Source of the DNA: Patescibacteria group bacterium
GTDB lineage: Bacteria > Patescibacteriota > Gracilibacteria > UM-FILTER-43-11
Assembly: GCA_018813295.1 (NCBI GenBank)
Contig: JAHJBZ010000066.1
Span: 11,231-75,230 of the forward strand
Direction of reading: 5' to 3'
Length of the DNA stretch: 64,000 nt
Part shown: in pieces, positions 58,673 to 64,000 of the stretch
Position numbering within the stretch: position 1 is the first letter of the stretch
How the letters are laid out: each line of letters begins with the position of its first letter
Notes under the pieces: generated by a model
What the model saw: the letters and a program-made list of their open reading frames with translations, nothing else
Databases searched by the model: none
What the model was told of the DNA's origin: nothing
Made by a program: the position numbers and the translations under genes

Positions 58673-58831
58673 ATTGTCTGAACTGTGATTCTCTTGATTA
58701 AATGATTTCTATGATTATTTAAACGGTTTTTCTGTAGAGACGTCCCGCTTAGCGGGACGTCTCTACGATATTTGTTTATATAAAAAATCATGACCATCAG
58801 TACAATCATCAATAATCACAGTTCAGGCAAT
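58673..58831. mobile_element. Empty TIR element with a central REP-like palindrome
   Basis: ATTGTCTGAACTGTGATT...AATCACAGTTCAGGCAAT; centre GTAGAGACGTCCCGCTTAGCGGGACGTCTCTAC (58734-58766); fills the gap between two stop codons. Confidence 0.8.
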
Positions 58832-60903
58832 TAAGATTCTTCCATCTTCTTCCTCAATTTTTGCAGCATATTAGCCAAAACCGGATACTTTTTTAAATCC
58901 GGTGACTTTTCAACAATAACTTCAGCCGCCTTTCTCACCCTATCAAGCAAAATCCCATCTAGTAAATTGGCTATTTTTAAGTCTGGTAAACCAGATTGGC
59001 GCACACCGTACACTTCACCAGGACCGCGGAGCTTAAGATCAATTTCCGCTAACTTAAAACCATCGGTGTGATCAACCATTGCCTTTAAGCGCGTAAAAGT
59101 AAGATCTGAACTGGAGTCTGTATATAAAAAACAATAGGATTGAACCGATCCACGCCCTACCCTGCCCCTGAATTGATGAAGCTGAGAAAGGCCAAAGCGA
59201 TCTGCGCCTTCAATTAGCATCATTGTTGCATTCGGCACATCAATTCCCACTTCAATTACAGATGTGGAGACAAGAATTTGCACTTCACCATCTTTAAACT
59301 TCTGCATCACAGCCTCTTTTTCAGCTGATTTTAACTTTCCATGCAGTAAACCGATTTTAAATTTAGGAAATACATCATGCAACTGCTCATACTCCTTTTT
59401 AACAGACTTTACCTCAAGTACATCAGAATCATCAATTAAAGGACAAATTACATAAACCTGCTCCCCCTTCTCAACTTTCCCCTCTATAAAACGATAAACA
59501 GTTTCACGATGTTCCGGTGGCACAATTTTAGTGGTAATCGGCAAACGACCAGGTGGCATTTCGTTTATGACGGAAAGATCCTGATCGCCATAAGCTACAA
59601 GCGCAAGAGTTCGTGGAATCGGCGTAGCAGTCATATTTAAAACATGAGGACTGCCTTGCTGAACAAGAACTTCGCGCTGTTTAACCCCAAAACGATGCTG
59701 CTCATCGATAACAATTAATCCAAGATTAGGAAATTCAACACCTTCTTGTATCAAAGCATGCGTACCAATAGCAATATCAACCTGACCAGACTTAATTCCA
59801 TCCAAAACCGTTCTTTTTTCTTTAGCTTTTAGTGATCCAACGAGCAATTGTATGTTAATCGGATTTTTTGATGGAAATTTTTTCTCAAAAACTTCCATAA
59901 ACTTACTAATAGACACTAAATGTTGACGCGCTAAAACCTCTGTAGGAGCCATAATTGCTGTTTGGTACCCATTTTTCACCATTTGAAGTAACGCCATAAC
60001 CGCTACAACTGTTTTTCCGGACCCCACATCCCCTTCCAAGAGTCGCATCATAGGAAAAGGGCACTCCAAATCCTTTAAAATCTCATAAATTGTAACTTTT
60101 TGAGCACCTGTTGGCGTAAAAGGAAGCGTAGAGAAAAAATCTTTCACAAATTCAGGGTCAAGTGGCACCCCGCCAACCGGACTTTCGGATGAACGACTCT
60201 CTTTCCATTCCTCTTTTGCCTTTACGGCATTAAGTTGCAATAAAAATAACTCCTCATAACCTAATCTATCCTGCGCAGCTTTAAGTTTTTTGGTGTTTGA
60301 GGGAAAATGTACCTCGCGAATAGCCTCGGATTTAGGCATTAAACCTTCCTCTTTAATAATTTCCTCCAGCAAAACCTCTTCAAACTCCTTTGTAAGAAAA
60401 AGCAGAGGATAAATTTTTTCACGTAACCATTTTGAAGTAATTACTTCATGTTGAGGGTAAATTGGAACGGTTGCGCCAGCATGAATCTGCACTTCTTTAA
60501 TCGTTTCTACAGTCGGACTTTGGAGTATTAACTTTCCATATTGATATTGAACCTTACCTGCGACAATTACCTCTTTATCCATAGGTAACATGCGGATCAG
60601 GTGTGGCTGATTAAACCAAACAACCTCACATTCAGAGCCGTGATCATCGTAAAACATCGCCCTAACAAGCTTCATTCGACGATTCTTTGTCGAAACAAGT
60701 TTGATTCCATGTAAAAACCCCTTAGTTGTAATGATTTCACCATCTTTCGCCTCCCAAATCTTCTTAAATTGAGACAAATCCTCATATCCACGCGGAAAAT
60801 AAAGCAATAAATCGCTCACAGTATATAAGCCCATTTCCTTTAGAGCTAAAATATACTCCTTTTTAGTACTTAACGCCTCTGAAAGTGGGGTATTTAGATT
60901 CAT
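58831..60903 (-). CDS. recG: ATP-dependent DNA helicase RecG
   Basis: GDVGSGKT, MAPTEVLA, DEQHRFG, MTATPIPRTL, HQFRGRVGRG, DGF.LAE.DL..RGPG. Confidence 0.98.
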   Translation of the reverse strand: MNLNTPLSEALSTKKEYILALKEMGLYTVSDLLLYFPRGYEDLSQFKKIWEAKDGEIITTKGFLHGIKLVSTKNRRMKLVRAMFYDDHGSECEVVWFNQPHLIRMLPMDKEVIVAGKVQYQYGKLILQSPTVETIKEVQIHAGATVPIYPQHEVITSKWLREKIYPLLFLTKEFEEVLLEEIIKEEGLMPKSEAIREVHFPSNTKKLKAAQDRLGYEELFLLQLNAVKAKEEWKESRSSESPVGGVPLDPEFVKDFFSTLPFTPTGAQKVTIYEILKDLECPFPMMRLLEGDVGSGKTVVAVMALLQMVKNGYQTAIMAPTEVLARQHLVSISKFMEVFEKKFPSKNPINIQLLVGSLKAKEKRTVLDGIKSGQVDIAIGTHALIQEGVEFPNLGLIVIDEQHRFGVKQREVLVQQGSPHVLNMTATPIPRTLALVAYGDQDLSVINEMPPGRLPITTKIVPPEHRETVYRFIEGKVEKGEQVYVICPLIDDSDVLEVKSVKKEYEQLHDVFPKFKIGLLHGKLKSAEKEAVMQKFKDGEVQILVSTSVIEVGIDVPNATMMLIEGADRFGLSQLHQFRGRVGRGSVQSYCFLYTDSSSDLTFTRLKAMVDHTDGFKLAEIDLKLRGPGEVYGVRQSGLPDLKIANLLDGILLDRVRKAAEVIVEKSPDLKKYPVLANMLQKLRKKMEES

Positions 60904-61416
60904 ATTGTCTGAACCACTGATTACGCAGATTAAAAGATTACGCTGATTGTATTTTTATACTATTAGCCACTCTTTTAAACTGCAAACTCCTTGATCCAAA
61001 ATTAATAAGTAATCCTGTTTCTAAATTATAGGCTTCAAGATAATTTATCGCCTGGGCCAAATGAACATCTTCTATCTCTGTAATTGCTTTTAGCTCCACC
61101 ATAATACAGCCTTCTATCAGAAAATCCACACGTCTCGTTCCTACGGTATAGCCACGATAACAAATACTCATTTCATGCTCACGTGAATAGCTCAGACCAT
61201 ACTCAGTAAATTCTAATGCTAACGCCCTTTGATAAACTACCTCCTGAAACCCATTCCCAAGATCAGAGTGCACTTTCATAGCAGCACCTATTATTTTCTT
61301 TGTTATATCTGAATATTTATATCGTTGTTTATTCATAATATCCATTTATTAACTATTTAATTAGTAATTTAATCTGAGAAATCAAAAAAATCAGTGTAAT
61401 CAGTGGTTCAGACAAT
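60904..61416. mobile_element. TIR-bounded cassette carrying a GxxExxY gene
   Basis: 21-bp perfect TIR ATTGTCTGAACCACTGATTAC (60904-60924) / GTAATCAGTGGTTCAGACAAT (61396-61416) with inner GATT sub-repeats. Confidence 0.8.
60938..61345 (-). CDS. GxxExxY family protein (PD-(D/E)XK nuclease-like)
   Basis: IIGAAMKVH..LG.GFQEVVY, RVD..VELKA, AQ..NYL, GLLINFG. Confidence 0.93.
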   Translation of the reverse strand: MDIMNKQRYKYSDITKKIIGAAMKVHSDLGNGFQEVVYQRALALEFTEYGLSYSREHEMSICYRGYTVGTRRVDFLIEGCIMVELKAITEIEDVHLAQAINYLEAYNLETGLLINFGSRSLQFKRVANSIKIQSA

Positions 61417-61529
61417 TAAATAATAGTAAACAAATGTTCACCCGTCAACAGAAAAAGACTACTTCCTATTCATTGACATTTAACCATATATAATGTATAA
61501 TAAATAGATAAACATTAAAAAATAAAACC

Positions 61530-62579
61530 ATGAAAACATCATTTTTTAAAGAAAGATATTTTATTTATCTTGCAGAAGCTGAGCCTCCAGCTGCCGAGGA
61601 AGGAGAACATGCCGAGGAAGGAGAAGGAGATGAAGAGGTAGCAGCTGAAGAAGAAATGTCTGACACTCTTAAAAAAGGATTAAGAGCGATCGACAGTACA
61701 ATTCCCCCACGACCATCAATACGCCCTGCAATAGAACAACCTGAATATTCAGCAGAACAAGCAATTTCAGAGGAGCTAGATACAGCTAAAGCAGAAGAAT
61801 TAGATAGGGAAAAGGCACGTAGACCAATGTTAAAAACTGAGCAAGAAAGAGCAAACGAAGAAATGGAAAGGATTAGAGATCGGCAAACAACACCCGGCAG
61901 AAAATTTGCCGTTGAAATGGCATACCATCCACAATTTAGAGATACAATTAGGAATCTAATTGTAGAACATTGGAACAAAATGAGCCCAGAGGAAAAAGCA
62001 GGACAAAACATGTGGGATTATATCCATGAAAATATGAGCCGGGTCGCAGATTACAATGCTGAATTTGGAGGCAGACTAGATGCAGTCGCAATGGGAAAGA
62101 AAAAAGAAAGCATACCGACACTTGAAGGCGAGGAAGAAGGAACAGCAATTGCCGAAGGAACAAGGCCTGCAGAAACAGAACCTAAAGCTGTAACTGCTGC
62201 TACAGAAACAGAGCCACAAACTGAACTGGCAGCTGCAGCAGAAGCGTACGGAGTTAATCTAGAAGTAGAGCCAGAAGTAGCAATTAAACAAGCTGAAGAA
62301 ACGCTGGAAAGCATTAGAGAAAATATAGAAGACAGCCTCTATAACAAATTAGCAGAATTATACCCGGAAAAAACATTCGATATTAATATATCTGCAAGTA
62401 CAGAATACCCAGGAAGAATTGCTGTCAGCTTCTCAAATAACGAAATTGGAACTTATACAGGAAATTGGGGGAGGAGCCTTAACGGAATCAATCAGCACAT
62501 ATCAAATCTAACCACAGCCAAAATCGCAAGCAAAATAAAAAGAGAAGGAGAAGATGCTACCGTTGAAGACACAGGGTAA
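61530..62579 (+). CDS. Acidic hypothetical protein, possibly truncated by a premature TAA
   Basis: 349 aa; TTGACA..TATAAT promoter upstream; frame continues to 62651 with similar composition. Confidence 0.7.
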   Translation: MKTSFFKERYFIYLAEAEPPAAEEGEHAEEGEGDEEVAAEEEMSDTLKKGLRAIDSTIPPRPSIRPAIEQPEYSAEQAISEELDTAKAEELDREKARRPMLKTEQERANEEMERIRDRQTTPGRKFAVEMAYHPQFRDTIRNLIVEHWNKMSPEEKAGQNMWDYIHENMSRVADYNAEFGGRLDAVAMGKKKESIPTLEGEEEGTAIAEGTRPAETEPKAVTAATETEPQTELAAAAEAYGVNLEVEPEVAIKQAEETLESIRENIEDSLYNKLAELYPEKTFDINISASTEYPGRIAVSFSNNEIGTYTGNWGRSLNGINQHISNLTTAKIASKIKREGEDATVEDTG

Positions 62580-62669
62580 ACAGAAGATGCCGCTGCAACA
62601 GGTGATGAAGTGGAATCAGCTGATTTCTTAATAGCAGATGCTGAAAGATAAAAAAGCAAACACAAAAGC

Positions 62670-62702
62670 AAAAAAGAGGCTGCCACCGGCAGCTCTTTTT
62701 TT
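62670..62702. terminator. Bidirectional intrinsic terminator
   Basis: AAAAAAGAGGCTGCC-ACC-GGCAGCTCTTTTTTT. Confidence 0.8.
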
Positions 62703-62850
62703 GTCTGAACTATGATTTTTTATGATTAAATGATGAGCATGATCGTTATAAACCAAAAATTACAGCAAAACGAAAATACCGTGATACAAATCATAAAAAT
62801 CATTTAATCACATAAATCATAGTTCAGACCACTATCACAGTTCAGACAAT
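62701..62850. mobile_element. Empty TIR element with a duplicated right end
   Basis: TTGTCTGAACTATGATT...AATCATAGTTCAGAC, then a second ATCACAGTTCAGACAAT abutting the ATPase D stop. Confidence 0.75.
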
Positions 62851-63476
62851 TAAGCAGCCGCCTGAATCTTCGCCTTAACAACCATGGTATTAATAATCGC
62901 ACCGCGTTCCATTTCTCCAAGCTTCATTTGAATAAACTTAATCGTATCCTTTAAATCAGGAATCATGCGGTATTCAAGTGCATTTACACGGCGACGGGTC
63001 TTTTCAAGTTCCTCCGCTAAAGCCTCAGCGGATTTTTCAATTTCAGCCAACTTGATAAGCAGGGGGAAAGTGTCCTGAAAAGATTGCAATGCGATATCTA
63101 ATTCACCGCTGGTTTGCAAAAAACCATAACTTACAACTTCTCCTTCGGTTTCCAGTTTAAAATGAGGAATGCGAACTGACATTACATTTTTGGTTTCAAC
63201 TTTTAGTTCAGTTTTAGCAGTGGAATAAAGAAGTGCACCTTCCAGCATTTCCTCTTCCATCAAAGAATTAGCACGAATGAAGTTTTTAAATGCAGCACCG
63301 AGTTTTTGCTCTACTTCTTCACGAACAGCTTTAGCTTCGCGTATCACTTCCATAAATTTCTGCATCAAACCATCCTGCTTATCTTTAAGCAGTTTATGTC
63401 CACGCTTTGCACTCTTAATCTTCTTCTTAAGAGTTAGCAGAGCCATCCTGGTTGCATTAACATTCAATATCGCCAT
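62850..63476 (-). CDS. V/A-type ATP synthase subunit D
   Basis: NATRM.L, RGHKLLKDK.D, NVMSV..P, KTRRRVNALE. Confidence 0.96.
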   Translation of the reverse strand: MAILNVNATRMALLTLKKKIKSAKRGHKLLKDKQDGLMQKFMEVIREAKAVREEVEQKLGAAFKNFIRANSLMEEEMLEGALLYSTAKTELKVETKNVMSVRIPHFKLETEGEVVSYGFLQTSGELDIALQSFQDTFPLLIKLAEIEKSAEALAEELEKTRRRVNALEYRMIPDLKDTIKFIQMKLGEMERGAIINTMVVKAKIQAAA

Positions 63477-63491
63477 ATTAATTGATTACAA

Positions 63492-63553
63492 TTGACATTT
63501 GACCATTGACCTTTGACTTCTTTAGTCAATTGTCAAATGTTAAAGGTCAAATG
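63492..63553. repeat. Inverted heptamer array between the ATPase B and D genes
   Basis: TTGACAT TTGACCA TTGACCT TTGACTT / TAGTCAA TTGTCAA ATGTTAA AGGTCAA. Confidence 0.85.
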
Positions 63554-64000
63554 TTATTTCATATATTTCTCAATATGCTCCTCCTTAACACGCTTCAATT
63601 CAGCTTTCGGCAAAATCTTAAGCAGTTCCCAGCCAAGATTTAGAGAATCTTCAATATCACGATCCTCATGCTCACCCTGGCGAATAAATTTATCTTCAAA
63701 AGCTACTGCAAACTTCATATAAGCACGATCGGTTTCATCAAGAGCTGCTTCACCAAGAATAACAGCAAGTTCGCGAACATCGTTACCGCGTGCATAAGAA
63801 GCATAAAGCTGGTTCATAACACCACTATGATCTTCGCGGGTTTTACCTTCACCAATACCTTTATCTTTCAGGCGGGAAAGTGAAGGAAGTACATCAACTG
63901 GCGGATAAATACCCTTACGATGAAGCTCACGACTCATTACAATCTGACCTTCTGTAATATAACCAGTTAAGTCAGGAATTGGGTGGGTAATGTCATCTTC
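63554..64000 (-). CDS. V/A-type ATP synthase subunit B (C-terminal part, runs off the window)
   Basis: [49 protein letters not shown]. Confidence 0.96.
   Translation of the reverse strand, partial: EDDITHPIPDLTGYITEGQIVMSRELHRKGIYPPVDVLPSLSRLKDKGIGEGKTREDHSGVMNQLYASYARGNDVRELAVILGEAALDETDRAYMKFAVAFEDKFIRQGEHEDRDIEDSLNLGWELLKILPKAELKRVKEEHIEKYMK

Noticed and set aside
2399..62686. Numerous Ser-rich or short antisense ORFs in the track (e.g. 2399-2860, 50082-50585, 61565-62011)
   Set aside because: Shadows of Glu/Asp-rich sense genes with no independent coding signal
1..64000. Genome-wide UGA=Gly (code 25) reassignment as the explanation for the rubrerythrin TGA
   Set aside because: Long genes are unbroken under code 11, and pilin 1 ends in TGA at the same column where its paralogue ends in TAA

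Overview
AT-rich, gene-dense bacterial chromosomal window read in standard code 11 (TGA is used as a stop). The gene content suggests a Patescibacteria/CPR organism, possibly Peregrinibacteria-like; this is an inference from the SLH protein, type IV pilus locus without a secretin, paired Cys-rich CPR-type proteins and A/T-rich ribosome-binding regions. Recognisable housekeeping genes are rtcB-thpR, an ECF sigma/anti-sigma pair, a Fur/PerR-rubrerythrin-desulfoferrodoxin operon, tRNA-Asp, tRNA-Leu, pyrF, holB, rplY, queA, ilvE, cobO-nrdJ, transketolase, a type IV pilus cluster, recG and V/A-type ATPase D and B. Main unexplained observations: (1) a ~500-nt ORF-free unit (44285-44790, minus) with its own promoter and terminator, built of hairpins that display repeated A-rich loops; (2) a family of elements with TTGTCTGAAC...GTTCAGACAA terminal inverted repeats sitting at gene boundaries, one carrying a GxxExxY nuclease-like gene and three empty, plus many inverted 7/9/12-bp arrays at gene junctions; (3) an in-frame TGA at a Cys ligand position of rubrerythrin; (4) an ATP-grasp ligase fused to a DUF1704/MATCAP-like peptidase next to a PKD-7TM protein; (5) two unannotated microproteins, one histone-like and basic, one Cys-rich and acidic; (6) a predicted ECF promoter motif shared by three genes. 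All calls were made by eye, without database searches.
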